Shown: positions 27,355-41,716, counted from the whole stretch's first letter. The stretch is DNA of 62,897 nucleotides, filler included, from Choristocarpus tenellus KU-1152 (GCA_964200185.2; 11 parts of 11 records of this genome joined end to end with filler, not necessarily neighbours in it); one strand, 5' to 3'. Notes: generated from the sequence alone by a model not told the origin. Numbers and translations are program-made.

Positions 27355-29706
27355 TTACATCACGTACATCATTACATTGTTGATACTGATCCATCCAGTC
27401 CCAAGGTTCCTGGCAACAAGTTGTACTGACTTGACATTAGACTCATTTACGTAGTAGTCCTCATACTCCAAGGTGTCGCCGGAACTTGTGAAATAGCCAT
27501 AGAACACTCCGTTGATGTACACATTAAGTGAGCGTATTCGCTCATCACCCTTGTAGAATGCTGTGCGAAGACAGTGATGCAAGGTGTGTAATGCCGAGGA
27601 ATATAGTAGTACGGTTAGTAAGGCAGCGACATAAAAATGTACGTTCAATCTTCTCAACAAATGCAATATTCATGGGACATACTGTGCATCCACTGCATCT
27701 CTTTCTTTGGTGGGAATGATTATTTCGGAGGTAGGAGATTTGGCCAGCTAGACTCACACATGCGGATGAGATTGAGAGTGGTTGCTTCAGTCGAGAAATC
27801 GTAAGTGATGCTGCACACTCCGCCAATAACTGCAGAGTTGATACAGGACCAGCGGCTGGAGATATCATCGTAGTCGCCGGACTGCAATGATGGTAAAGCA
27901 AAAAGGTCGGGGTTCAGAGCTTGAAGGTGGTGACGGTCTGGGCAGTGTCAGATGATTACCTGTTTTATTAACTGCTTTGTGAAAGGAGCATGTGATCAGG
28001 GTCTACTTTTAGAGGCTCATCGTAGAACCCCTTGCATCCAAAACGTTCTCTCACCCTGGTTAGTGAAGGTAGGCAAGGACCAAAGCATCCACTGGTTGTA
28101 CGGGCATCATATGACGTGGCGCTCACAGTCACGGTATTGTTGGTATCACCGATTTCATCACCCTCAATTGCAAGGAACATAACCTGTGGTTAGGAAGTGA
28201 GTTGGTTCCCATCAGATACTTCTGTACAGCGCTCATTGTTCTACATAATGCTAATAGTGTTATTGATTGTAGTAGTTTGAACATCGTCTGACCCTGCATT
28301 GTTGAACTTTTGGTACACACAGACACATGATAACCAAACAAAGTAACGTCTGGGTATACTCTATATTGCACCTCTGTGAGGCTGAACCACTCCAGAGGAT
28401 TCGCGCTGGGCGTGGCAAGGATGGTGATATTTCTAGTCTTGACATCCAATGGATATTCTTCGAGTCCAAGGTACTGCCCAGCACTTTCTGAGAACTCTGT
28501 CTCCTCCAAAGTTACCCCCTCGCTGAGAATCTTGAATCTTCGCGTGCGGGTGTTACCCTTGTAGAATCCTGTTAAAAAAATAATCAGGTGAGGTCGAACC
28601 GCAAGGTTTAAAAATGTAGGTGTTAAGGATGTATTGCACGCACCGTCGAACATGAACGCTAGCAGGGGCTATATAGCCTGAAGATTCAATACGACATTGG
28701 CAGGAAATGAAGCTACTTGTTCTGGGAAGGAGGTACGAGAAGCTGGTGCATTCATCTCGACCTGGCGTCACGCGTTTGCGTTTGCCGTTTGCATCGTATT
28801 AAGTCGCTTAGAAATATCGTGGATCCCGACTACACCGACCTATTATCTAGGACCTGATGTAGAACCCAGAGTCCTATCTGACTACAAGGGTACCCTCAAA
28901 CCACCAGACCAAGAAAGGTTTGCAAATGCGATCGAAAGCGCAACCCATCTACTCACCAATGCAAACAGCCTGGACGGTTTGATACGAGCTGAACGAGTAC
29001 GTGATAGAGCATTCGCTCACGCCCGTAATGCCAGTGGAGCAGGACCACCTAGAGTCATCTTCAAAGATTTCATCCTGTTGATAGTTGCATTTCACATTCA
29101 CGGTAAGGCGTAAAGACGGGATCAGGGTTAGCGGTCGAGGAGGTTTTCAGAGGTCGTTCGGCGTTGTCGTGTCGACTGTTATACTCTGGAGCGAAAATTG
29201 TAGGACAGAGTTCACGGCGCAAGAAAAATTTAAAAGGCTACAATCGCATTGGGTCAAAGTCGTCCTGTGTAACCAAAGGAAGATTATGGTAGTGACTACA
29301 ATATTAGTAGCGTGTGGAGTACGAATATCACAGGATGTGTTCTACATCCAAGAACAAAATAGTCCAGTTTGAAATGTTTAGGTGGTTTATACCTGGGTCA
29401 GCTCAGGTTTACAACCGTCCATGTAGCAACCGTTGTTTGCTGAGCTACGGGTGTCGTATCCCGTCGCTGTAATCGCCACATTGGCCTGGTCTTTCACAAG
29501 TATCAATGCGCCTGAGGAAACAAACATCCAAGCATTGAGGACGTTCACATGGGAAACACAGAACACCTGAGCAACAAGCAATATGGAATTTCATCATTTA
29601 CTGCAGTTCCAACAATCAAACCAATATCATTATAGCCAAACACACCTATGGGCGCAAAACTGAAGGCAAGAAGTCCTCCAATGAGAGTAAATGCGTGTGG
29701 AGACAT
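27355..29706 (-). CDS. Secreted protein with two tandem FirrV-1-B30-like (discoidin/galactose-binding-like) domains, 317 aa, complete
   Basis: Seven GT-AG exons (29706-29646, 29511-29393, 29074-28957, 28568-28372, 28183-28055, 27881-27758, 27560-27355) total 954 nt, in frame from ATG to TAA. Signal peptide MSPHAFTLIGGLLAFSFAPIGA; repeated motifs YD.R....GC...C.P.LT, SRWSC, CSITY, FYKG..R.R, W.S. Confidence 0.88.
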
Positions 29707-30077
29707 TGCTGTACTTCGATGTCTCTGTCCTTGCGTTCACTTATGAGGATGTTAAACAGTGATTTATGTTTACTGCAGGCAATTGCCCAAAGGAAAAAAA
29801 TTGGTGGCTATACAAAGTAATGAGGACCTTCAATGTGATGGTGATGTCGATGATATAAACACATCCATTGAGGTAGAATTTAGGCGGAACATATGATATC
29901 TGACTATTTTTTCAATGTAACACGGGGAATGGGGACTATCGTTCAAGTTCAACCAATTTCGAAAATGCTTAGTTTTGGGAAGTGGAAAATAGGTTATATA
30001 CTTCATGTTCATACCTCCAACCTGCGAGTTACAGTACAGGGTCCTTAAGAACCGAAACCGCCACAATGGAAAAGTTA

Positions 30078-30165
30078 TCGGAAAAAAGAACCAAAGGGGC
30101 TGTAATAGACCGAAAAAGAATCAAATCGACTCTAATAGATCGAAAAAGAACCGAAAAAGAACGGG
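30078..30165 (+). repeat. Short tandem repeat (about 30 bp, TAATAGAYCGAAAAAGAA) at the edge of an AT-rich block
   Basis: GAAAAAGAA core occurs four times. Confidence 0.65.
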
Positions 30166-32656
30166 TTGTCTACACCTCTAAAGGCGTCAAAATTCATCAT
30201 ATATATATATTATGGTATCTTCATTTGCTTTTTTATTATCATTGATCTTAAGTAATTTCATATGTATCATTTAAAAGATACGAAACATTTTAGTGATGGA
30301 TGACATTTCCACATTTCACATGTAAGGAAATAAAACAAGAACTGAGAAGGAACACATACAAAATGCGAATATTATTTTAACTCAATGTTTGTACCAGTAT
30401 ATATGTCTCTTAGTCATTACGAAAAACATACTCCATAACTCTAACATTTTGTATATATTATCATCAGTTTGTTCCACGGATTTTTTTTCCTGTTGGAAAA
30501 AAAAGAATGAAAGGGAGAATCTAACAAAATACGAAAAATAGTTTCATTAGTTTTTCATTTAGTTTTCTTTGCACACATCTCCAACATCTAAGATGGTATA
30601 ACAAAAACTAAATAGAACAATACAGACATATCTAAGAGGTAGGAAAAATCGTGGAAGGAAACCCCCCGTATTTTGTGGTCTTTCTGTTCTCTACTAAGGT
30701 TTTGTGTTTAGAACCTTGTGTGAGAAAGAACCCTTGCTTGTCTATCTCAGACCAAATCTGAATATGCTGAAAATATGGGGTGTTAAGAAGGGTGATATGA
30801 TGAAAATAATATCCGGAAAAACTTTGCACTTTGGTTCTACATACCTTCCAGATGATTTGGGAAAATATAGAAAAACATGAAAAGAACAAGAGAATACAAA
30901 ATCTATTGTCATCTAAAAAAATTATGTTTTATTTGATATACCAAAACACTTTTGTATAAGGAATCTCTTACACAACAAACACTACAAAGAAAACAAAACA
31001 CAAGATAAAAAGAGAAACAGAGGAACAACAAATAAATGGAGAAATAAATAAATGGAAACAAAGAGTAGAACTTACCAAAGAAAAACAGAACCAAGAAACA
31101 TAAGGGAAGAGAGTAAGGAAAATGAGTGAAGGACACAACAACAGAAGGCCACAAAGAAAACATTATTCATTCAGGAGACACATAGTGATGGTGATGGTAG
31201 TGGTGGTGTGTTGAGTGATTTTGACTCTCACTTTGGTGTAACGTACATTTGTTACCAATCACAGCTTCCTTCTAATGGCATTCGACGATGAACCTCGTTC
31301 TGCTGTAAGCAACACGCATTCATACCTTCCAGTTGGTTAGTGACTCTCGTCCTGCTCCAACCCTCAACCCCAATCGCAAACTACCATGGTGTCTTGGAGA
31401 CATGTCCCACCAGTTCTTATATTGCCCACCTTGATTCCGTTTTCCATTCGCAAGCTCTCCAAATGTTACAGGCGAGTATTTCTTCTTGTATTTCAACGAA
31501 GTGCAAACGTTTGTTACACGCGAATAGCGCNNNNNNNNNNNNNNNNNNNNNNNNNNNNNNNNNNNNNNNNNNNNTTAATTAATTAANNNNNNNNNNNNNN
31601 NNNNNNNNNNNNNNNNNNNNNNNNNNNNNNCCCCCCAGATACTTTGGGTCAGTAAGGTCCAAAGGAGTGCCACACTAAGTAGAAAGATGGAACGGGGAGC
31701 ATGGGCAATATTGCTCCAACCCTACCAATCCAACACTAGTAGAATGGCTACAACAAGACAACACTGAGAACTAGGGCTACTGGTTGAAAATATCATGTTA
31801 AATAGAAGATGCAACAAATTTAATTCTTGAGAGGGCAACGACGTGGAAGTTCAGCTCACGAGACCTAACACTCCCAATCCTGGCCATCACTTCGAAACAT
31901 TTGTTGAGGTTCTCATTCTCTTGCCCTTCTTTTTCTGTTTATTGTTTTGACAGGGTGTGCCCAGCTCGTGTTCACAATTGTCGACTCTGACATTGGCAGC
32001 CGTGACCAGTTTCTTGGACAGGTAGGGAGAAGTTAAACGGGATATGAGACGAAAACCACACTTCAGTAACTCTTTGTGTGCCATTCCCTAGTCTCGCATG
32101 GAGGTCATGTCCCTCTTTCACAGCCATTACCTGCCCATTAAAGACCTGTTGGAAGGCACACAACTGTTTCAGAGCGATCCACACTTGATACAATAGTCCA
32201 CTTCGGTCCCTTCTTTCCGCTCTAGTGATTCTTCCATCGCTGACACCAACACGAAGAAGCATTCTGACATACAAAGCGATCAAAGATGCATTTTTTTTTG
32301 TACTCCTAAATGAGACACTCCATTCCAATACAATAGATTGGTTCTTGTGAAATAACCAACAGCATGATACTTGCAACCCAAGCATCTCGTCCATGAGATA
32401 TCAAGGAACTAGGTACGAGAACTTCGAAGCAGTACAAGTTTAGGCATATTGAGTACTATGCCGCCAAAGGCGAGTGAACCCTCGGCATGTTTGGCCCTTG
32501 TGATTCAAAACAACCTGTGCACGTCGAATAATGAAAAAAGATTGCGCACACATATTTGCGATCACATACAGTATCAACGCCTTCTACCATAACCGCCCAC
32601 CTGTCTCAATTCTATCTCTTTTTACCTCGCCCCCGATTATACACATGATACCCTAG

Positions 32657-35600
32657 ACTTCTCTGGAACTGTCTAGCGGAACAAACAGGTGGAATGCCAA
32701 GAGGCAAACTAGCATCAGGTGAGAAACAAAGTTCAATTTAAGGAAGAACTTGATTTTACCACTTGATTCTGTACGAGATGTAGTTACCTTAGTCTCTGGC
32801 TGTCCTCCCTTCACCGCACGGTCTCCAAAACCCCCGTTTGAACTATTCCTATCTCCTCCTGTATCGTTTCTTGTTAGCACAGCTATCTAAGATCTGTTCC
32901 TCTTTCGAACCCCTGCCCTGCCCCTAACCCCCTTGGGGTCAACCCACCTATCAAAGGCTGACTCTACCTGTTGGAGAGCTCAAGGTAAAACCCAGGGAGT
33001 CAGCCGGAACTCACATCAACCTTGATTTTAGTTCAACAGGTAAGGGCGCCGATGCCATAGGAGGAAGAAAAAAGATGGTTCAGTTTGTGAAATGACGACG
33101 CTGAAAGTGTTCAATAATAAGTTGCTAAGAATGAGAAGACTACAGTGAAGATGAGTTGTGGGAGCTGAAGAGAAACACGATTGTTCCTAAGTGATACTAC
33201 CATGTTCCTGCAGCAAGAGTGCAGAAACACAGTCAGTTGGGAACATCAGCTAACTCCCATGGTTGTCTAGATTGTGCCACTTCACTTAATACATCCGTAT
33301 ACCACCTGGCAAGTATCCGCATTCACCCACCATAGCTGCACTTCCTACCTTTCATCCGCACCCCTATCAACTTGATTAAACGACCTTCCCTCGAGAACGA
33401 AGTGTCAAAATTGGGACACCAGTACAACAACCTAAAAAAAATAACCGGTGAAACTGCCAAGTCGTGGTTGTTATCTGCTAAAGATGCTTTTCGGCGTGTC
33501 CCAGAGTATTCATTGATTTCTCAAGAGAAACAGTACCGTCAGAGGTGAACGTTGATGCGATGACCAAGAATATCGCCACGTAGTGAGCGAGCGAGTCGGA
33601 GTTGATGCGAGTTGACATATTCACATAGCCTACGTGGGAAGAAGTTGAAGCATTGCTCTCTCAATGCCTACCTCTAAAATATGCCTACATCTGTTACACA
33701 GCTCTTGGTAAGAACACAGGATTGTATTGCTGACAGAGAGGTATATATTAATCTGCCCTGGTTGCTAAGGTATGCCTGATGGTACACCAAAGGTCACCAG
33801 CGCTTGGGTGCAGCCTGTGAAATGAGCCCAAATGGTCGACTCTCGATTTATCAACAAAATCATGTTCAGGTTATTTCCTTGGAGATCGAGCCATGGGACT
33901 TGAAACATTACCACAGTCTACCAAGCGTGCCTGTTGGGACAGACTGAAACGGCGCTGGGCACATTCATTGTCACGAAATGATTAAAGACATAGAGTTTGG
34001 GGCTGTCTTGTGCAGGGTGTCTGAGAGGTGTTTTGAGGATGGATATGGGTCTATACCATAAACGTTCAGCTTCTTTCCATTCTAAACTTTAGGATTAAGG
34101 CGGATACGACCATTCTTACCCCACGTTAGCTCAATTTGAGATACTGCCTTACCTCCAGCACTTATAGGAGTCGAAATATCCTACAAAGGGAGTATTTCAT
34201 GCTACTTCAGGATGGATGAATCTTTCAGCCTTCAGTGCCCACCTGCTTCAAAGGATGGCAAGAGTCGACATGAACACCAGTAGGAAAAAAGGTCACCTAA
34301 AGTACGTTCAAAAATACCTATAACATCTAGCTTTAGCTAGGGTTTGAGACCAGTAATCGGGAGAGAAGATCCTGACTGATGGAATGGTGTGGTATCCCTG
34401 GAGATGAAGTGCCTTTAAGCCAAGTGCATATGTAGAAGAGGTGTGAGGTGTGTCCCATATCTTGCAGCACTATCAAGATTATTCATGCAACGAGTGGGTA
34501 AAATGCTTGAGAGCGTGACCACAACATTTCGGGCATACTGCCGGCCAATCTCACAATACTAACTTGGTTCACCAGTAACGTACCAGGTCATGCAGTCGTG
34601 CCAGAAACGTGACTGTTGGGGTCTCGGAGATTTCAGACTACCATTGCACTCTCCTCCCCAACTGTTGTTCCCAACAGGACAGAAGGCCAAAGGGGAGCTG
34701 GAAGTGGAAATCGAGCCGCAGAATACATCCTCATATATGTGTGGCTTTCTGTATGGTCCAAGAATTGAAGTAGGAAGGTGCAAGGCCTGAGAAGTGACAA
34801 TTCATCTCAAATTCTCGTTTCTCGCCTGGTGTGTGTGTCTGTCTATCTGTGTCTGTGTGTCTGTGTGCATGTATTTCTTTGTACGTTATGGGCCACATAG
34901 TATCCTAGAGGGAGGGGAAGTTTAGCCCAGTTTGTCCATTCATGGCTTGATGAGGTGTGGTAAAATGCCCCGGTTTGATGCCCGTTTCGCGAGTGATTTT
35001 CCTTCATATTTGGTTCAGGGAAGGGGATGGAGAAGGAATGAAGGTTTAGATGAAAAATGGTGCCCTTACATCTGACACGTTCTCTCAAATGACATGGGAA
35101 ACACTACAGGGTCATATACAGACCCCACATGGACACCGGAACCCCCCTCTAGGGTAATATGGGGCTGTTGTAGGTTGTATCATGTGCTGCTGTTTTAATC
35201 CGGTATTTGCAGCATGAACAACAATTAGATTAATTAAATAGGTGAAGTAATTATAAGGAGGTATTTGAATAGCACCAATATATGTTCATACAAGATGGTT
35301 TTGAGGAATCGTTGTTGAGTTCCTGGACGATTTCTTCTTTTAATCCACCAACTTACCACTGAGGAGGCCCAGCACAATACTATATACCTGTATGTTGTGA
35401 TTTTCCCTTGTGTGACAGTGTGAACAAACGACTATTTCAGTCTATTCTCACCTTCTAACTTCCACGCCTGTCTCCATCTCTGCTTCATGCGGAAATAATG
35501 ACACAGTCATACGTTACTCCCCTTGTGTTTTGATGTTTAGGACCGGGGTTGCAATAATTGCCTCTGAGAAGAAGCTACTATGGTGCTGCGTTCATGATAA

Positions 35601-38600
35601 GGTGAGTCGCCTGTGACCTTTGTTGCAAGCTTGCTTTACTACTTTTTTCCACTGAGCACCTGCACTACTATAGAGACTGAGAGATGTCCTAGCAGAGAAA
35701 ACACGAACAGAATTACCTCTGCAAAGCATTTGTGCTTAAACCAAAACACATCATACCGATTTGATGGTTGACGCTCCTCGTCATTTCCACTGCTCTCCAC
35801 CGCCCACCCCCCACTCCAACCACCACAACTGTGGCCAACTCAACTTCAAGCGCACCTTCACACACATCAGCTGATATTCGCAGTAAAATTCCTATGATCT
35901 GGACATTTGCACTCCAGGTGCTAGACATCTACCGCCACTTTGGCACATCATCTTCACCATCTCTCACTTTGGGCCTTGAGGGGGCACACATATTCTCTAC
36001 AAATAGCTCAAAGCCTTCTGGTCGAAGAGCAGCACCTACGTGCCACCTCAAGAGTCACAGCAGGGGACGGAGTCAGAGCATTGTTGGATCAGGCACGTGC
36101 CCATTGTGAGACATGTCAACTGACACAAAAAGGGTTGAGTGCATATCAAACTCTGTCCTTGAACAGGGTTCGGGGAATCTTAGGTTTGGCCATTCATCAA
36201 ACTGTACAGCTTGTATTACCCGTAGTTAGTTTCCATGCAATCGATATTATCATGTTGTGTCCACACTATCGAATCCACACGCTGAGTCAAAGTATCTTAG
36301 AGGGTAGAGCCGTGTCCATTGGGGGCAAAAATCCAATGTTGCAATTTTGATGTAATTTTGGCTATCGCGTTTGTTAGGAGATGTCAATATCCTTGTTCTG
36401 GACACTCCTTTTCATAACGTATACATTTTACATACTCCGAAACATTTTGGAGTAGGTAAAATGTCATTAAAAACCCGTGGGAAGCCAAGTCCCAAATGGA
36501 CAAACAGGGAAAAACTCCTACCCTCTAAGATACCTTCACTCCGCTCTTTCCCATCTGCAGCATGTCTAAATGCACACCCTCTACACAAACTAGCGGTGTT
36601 ATGATTTTGAGTTAGAAGAGTTGATAGTACACAACAGTGATAAACAGAGATACTATCATCAAGGACTATGGTCCAAAGACACGGTTTGACTAGGGATCAT
36701 ATTAACTCCTCCCCAGTGGTCTGGATACATGTGCCCGTAACTCCTCTTCGTTTGACTTGCCTGCGTGCATTCCAAGCTAGTTGTTTCTCATCTCTAGATC
36801 ATTTTTTGTGATCGGTGAACCCACACACCAGGGAACACTGCTTTGCATTTTGCACTTTGCACATCATGCATCCACATCTATTTTATGCAACAGGTGTACG
36901 CTTGTCTTTGGTGTCCTTCTCAGAAAAAGTCTTTGTGTCCTTGTCCCTAATAGTCGGCACATTTGTACAGCAAACTAGTGCTTATTTCTGTTTTGATATA
37001 ATTTGAAACTTTTGCAAGTCTTGTGCAGGTTTCATTTCCTCACCAACACCAAAATCAGGGCCACATGAAAGCTATGCGTAAGGATTGATTTTGCCGTTCT
37101 ACAGAGCTTCAGTATAGTGAGTAGGAGCCATGGCAAGATTGAGGGGGTATTACTCTACAGAATATAGAAATAGATTTCTAATTGATTGACGCGAAACGCA
37201 ACATCTGCACCAATGGGATGAACTGCATGTACAATTTAGCCAATAGGATAACGTATTTCCTCCAACACTCGCCAGCACCTCTTTTTTCACAAGCATTCTT
37301 CTTGAAATCCCTTGAGAGCGCTAATCCACCAAGGTGAGGGGAGAGCTGTTAGTAAATTTGCAGGTAAGGTGGTTAGATGCTACCTTCAATTACCATTGCC
37401 GTAGTAGAGCAAATCACTCCAGAGCTATGTAAACCAGAAAGGGGGTATTTGAAGCCGAAGTGTATTAGGGATGGAGGTCTCGGTGACTGTCTCCTAAGAT
37501 AAATATTATGTTTAGGATTGTGTATTCTGCAAATAGCAGAGCCAAAGTATCTTCGAGGGTACAGTGGCGTCCATTTGGGGGCCAAAATACAATGTTGTGA
37601 TATCGATGCAATTTTGGCTATCGAGTTTGTTAGGAAGTGTCAATATCCTTGTTCTGGACACACCTTTTCATAACATACAATTATTTTACCTACCCCAAAA
37701 TATATTGGAGTAGGAAAATGTCACAAAAAAAAACATGGGAAGCCAAGCCCCAAACGGACAAACAGGGAAATATTTTACCCTCTAAGATACTTTCACTCAG
37801 CAATTACATCCACGGACTCTTGATGGAAATACTTGCAACTGGGCCATGGGAGTGGTGTCAGGTCCAATAGTATATAAGTTTCCTTCTGATCACACTCGAC
37901 AAAATCCACGCACACCCAGGACACTCTGGCTCATCCCTCTTGTACAACATGTTGTTGGTGTTATTTATCATTGTCTTGACAGAAAAAATGTTAGTTACAA
38001 CCTTCACTTTGGTGATCAAAAGGTTCTCATAGCTTTTCCGAGTCCCATACCCTTGCCCCTTTTTATCCATCCCTCCTTCTCCATCTCCTTCCTTGCCTCC
38101 GCCCCATACCATGTTTTGCAGCTGATCAAGAGGGTGGAGAAGACTCTTCTGAGACATCTATGCTCTCCCTCACCATTCAGTCATGGCATTACTTGCCACC
38201 TGGAGGCGCTGCAACATCATCTTCATTATTGCCTGGTCAGGGAAGTGGTTCCAGAGGGACCCAACGACGAAACAGTGGAGTCAGAAGTCATGACAAAGGG
38301 AAGAATAACCACATGAGGGAAGAGAGGGCCAGTGAACCAGCAAAGAAATTAGTCAAGGTTGTTGGACCAAGGTCTCTTGATGGTGGGACCCTCGGGAAGA
38401 GGGAAGCAACCCAAAGAGCAGAAAGCCTAGCTGGGGGCTTGGAAGTAGATGAGACAACCCGCCAGGTGTGCAGCATGAGTGTATGGTAGGGGAGTGAAAA
38501 TGACAAAACTCATGAACTGCACCTTGAAAAAAGGTTTTGTGCAGTCGTAGTGCAGGACAAATAATATGATGCGTGGCAGTGGAAAATGCCTCCCAAGTAT

Positions 38601-39897
38601 GATGTGTTGTTGGTTATAGACGTAAGGATTTCAGCATTTTCCGCTTTCTGTTTGATTCCTCTCGAGTTCTAGGTGGTGAATAGCTCCCCCAAGGGTAAGG
38701 GATTTTCCGTCTAAGTCAAAGCATGTAAGAGGGTAGCGCCGTGTCCATTCGGAGTCATAAATTCAACGTTGCGATTTTGATGAATTTTGGCTGTCGTGTT
38801 TGTTAGCAAATATCAATATCTTTGCTCCGGACACATCCTTCATCGTCCTATACTTTTTTCCTACTCCGAAATCCGAAATGCTCACACAGAAAACCGATGA
38901 AGGGCATTAAAACCTGTGGGAAGCCAAGCCCCAAACGGACAAACAGGGCAAAACTCCTACCCTCTTCTTAAATGCTTTTGGTCTCTGTACTAGGCTGTTT
39001 CTTATGGCTTGTTGTGCTTGCCGCCCTAAACCTTGCCAGCATTGCAAAATGCCACATCTATGTGCAGGGAGAAACTCAGTTAAGCAAAACTCGTTGGCAT
39101 GTGTATAGTGTTCCCCCCGAAACATCGCCGTAGAGACTTTCCAGGTTGTGTGGATATTAATATATTGCAACCATGACCTGGCCCCAAGGACGTTATTTTT
39201 TTCTGTGGTCTGCAGTGATGGTACTACCATACCTTTTAGTTTCCAAAACAGTCATCTCCAAGCAGCCCACTACCCATATGAGATGGAATATAAGTGAAAT
39301 TATCTTAGAGGGTAAGAGTTTTGCCCTGTTTGTCCATTTGGGGCTTGGCTTCCCATGGTCTCTTTTTATGGCACATTCCTACTCCAAAATGTTTCGGAGT
39401 TGGTAAAATGTATAGGTTGTGAAAAAGGTGTGTCCGGACCAGGGATATTGACACTTCCTAACAAACACGATAGCCAAATTACATCAAAATCGCAACATTG
39501 GATTTTGGCCTCCAAATGGACGCGGCTCTACCCTCTAAGATACTTTGGCTCATATATGATGGCAACTGATGCTGCTCCACACACAGCAACGCAATGCAAA
39601 ACCCTTCTAACGGCCTGTTTTTTGGTTCTAAAAAGGTGTTTAGAATTAAAGATACTGTGAAGGCATATGTTATGATTGCTGCTCCACCCTCTGTCGGTAC
39701 AGACTTCTCTGTACTTTGAAAGGAAGAGATATGATCACCCCCTCGCCTTCCATTCTCGTGCGATAACACCTGTTATATATGATCTGAAGGTGCCAGAGTT
39801 GTGCCTTGAATGTCCATCGCCCTTGGAATGGAACCGATGGAAGGTGGCCCTTACTCTTGCTCAGCTTGGGGTAGAGAGGCCGATCACAGCCGACAAG
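32657..39897 (+). CDS. Scattered putative exons of an unidentified gene; the last resembles the end of a PH domain
   Basis: AG/GT-bounded open segments near 32657, 33400, 34678, 35541, 37029, 38673 and 39700-39897 (LCLECPSPLEWNRWKVAL); I could not phase them into one model. Confidence 0.35.
36284..36541 (-). mobile_element. MITE family A copy
   Basis: Both TIRs; 4-bp TSD CGCT. Confidence 0.93.
37539..37798 (-). mobile_element. MITE family A copy
   Basis: Both TIRs; 4-bp TSD AGCA. Confidence 0.93.
38713..38983 (-). mobile_element. MITE subfamily A2 copy
   Basis: AAGTCAAAGCATGTAAGAGGG...CTTAAATGCTTTTGGTC; 3-bp TSD TCT. Confidence 0.85.
39292..39551 (+). mobile_element. MITE family A copy
   Basis: Both TIRs; 4-bp TSD ATAT. 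Confidence 0.93.
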
Positions 39898-41716
39898 GTA
39901 TAAACACAGGTTGCTTTGGGGGGGTGAGTGTGAGCATAAATTAGCTCATGTTTTTTGTTGGATTGTGCGATTATTGGGCAGTTTCTCTGTGTTTCTCCTT
40001 TGCTGCATACTGTGTATTCACAACACCAGCATTTTGTGGACATCGTTGTGTACTGGTGAGTGCCCTTGTAGTACAGTCATGTGCCGAAAATATATGCTTT
40101 GTAGTAGTGGGTCTTATGGGATTTGTTCCATTTTCCGCTGGGGTTGGTTAGGGAAATATTCCCCTTCTTTAAAACAATCTTCAGGCAACTAGAATCCCCT
40201 GTAGAGCTATTACAGTCACATTTGAAGTATCACTTTGGTTTCACCAGTGGTACGGTGTGACCAAGAAAAAAATTGTGAATGTTGCCTGTGGCTCTTTCTT
40301 TTGGAGGGCATGACCCTCGGCCCCCTGTGCAGACTGTCACCCCTACCTCAAAGAACATTTTGTAGGTGCTCCCTCTGTCCCACAGGTCTGGACCATTGAG
40401 TCGTAGCTCTTCGGGATGAACTCCGATTACAAAACGGACTTCTGCGTTGGATTCCTTGGAATATTTTAAAAAGAATAACGGAATCTCAATTAATTTTACA
40501 AATATTTCTGTTCTGAAATGGTTCGGAAAGAATGGAACAGAGAATGGGGCATATTCTTCTCATTTTTGAATGTTCCTGCTACAGCGTGGAACCGCACAAC
40601 ACTCTTACAACTCCCATGGTGAGCCCCCACAGCCTGTCTTCCCATGCACGAGGTCCACCTTCTCAAAAAAGAACTGTGAGCTGACTGAGGAAAGGTCAGA
40701 CCGCACTTGCTCTGAGTCACGCATTGGCTCTTGCTCTGGGTCATGAGAGGCTCCCAAGGGGTGTGGAGTCTAAATTGGCGAAAGAGAGTTTGGAGTGGGA
40801 GAGAGACACCCTAGACAGGTGTGGGTGAACGTCAAAGAACAGTTAGACAGGGGGAATATCGTCTCCCTGAAATAACAAGCACAATCCGGATGGTTGTCGG
40901 AAATTACACCAACGAAACAAGCGAAATCCGGGAAATGCCAGTAATCACACACTGACTATTGACCAATTTCCACCAAGCTCGCTGAAGCAGGCCTCACGGT
41001 CGGCAGCTCAAAGCTTCATCACTGGCTCGAAGCCATAGGGGCATCGAAGGCTCAGCGGTGCGTCACCCCTAGCCTTTAGTTTTCTCACAAGAAGAAAGGG
41101 TGGACTTCACCCTTGACCAGATCTCCCGCAACAAATGTAAAAGCTACAGGACTGGCTTCAACAACGTTCATATCAACGAGCTGTGGTTGTACCTCATCCG
41201 TGAAGGAGAGATGGTGTATATGTTCCCTGGGGTAGGAAACGTTGGGCTCGACAAAGGTGCAGCACAAGAGTCACATTCCCAAAGTGATGTTCATCTCCGC
41301 CGTTTTGCACCCGGATCCTTCTCATGATTTCGATGGCAAGATCGGGATCTGGTGGGTTTGCGTCATGAAGGAGGCACAACGGACTACAGCACGGCACATG
41401 AAGGGCAATGAGTACGAGGTAAACGTCACCGTCAACACTGAGTGGAGTGGTACACGGAGGAACTGTTGACAGCGATCAAGCAATAATGCCGTGACTAGAA
41501 TCGGGGGGGGGGCTCCATACAGCAGGATGGCGTGACACCGTATACGGGCAAGGGGACACTGTGCAGAAGCAGAACATAGCGGGGATAGAGGAGGGATGGA
41601 ACATTAAGCCTGTGATGCAGCCAGCACAGTCGCTGGATCTCAACATCATTGTTTGGGGGGGGTTGCATCTCTTAAGAGAGGGGTTTGGGCAGAGCATTAC
41701 TGCACTGTTGATGACC

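Noticed and set aside
27355-29706. Endogenous phaeovirus insertion
   Set aside because: The gene has six spliceosomal introns, and there are no neighbouring intronless NCLDV core genes.
31880-32400. Possible Copia GAG-pre-integrase (LHARLG)
   Set aside because: A single short motif with no integrase core nearby; too weak to call.
32956-33005. GGCTGACTC...GAGTCAGCC hairpin as an ncRNA or terminator
   Set aside because: A single 9-bp stem with no tRNA or snRNA features; compatible with chance or a TE fragment.
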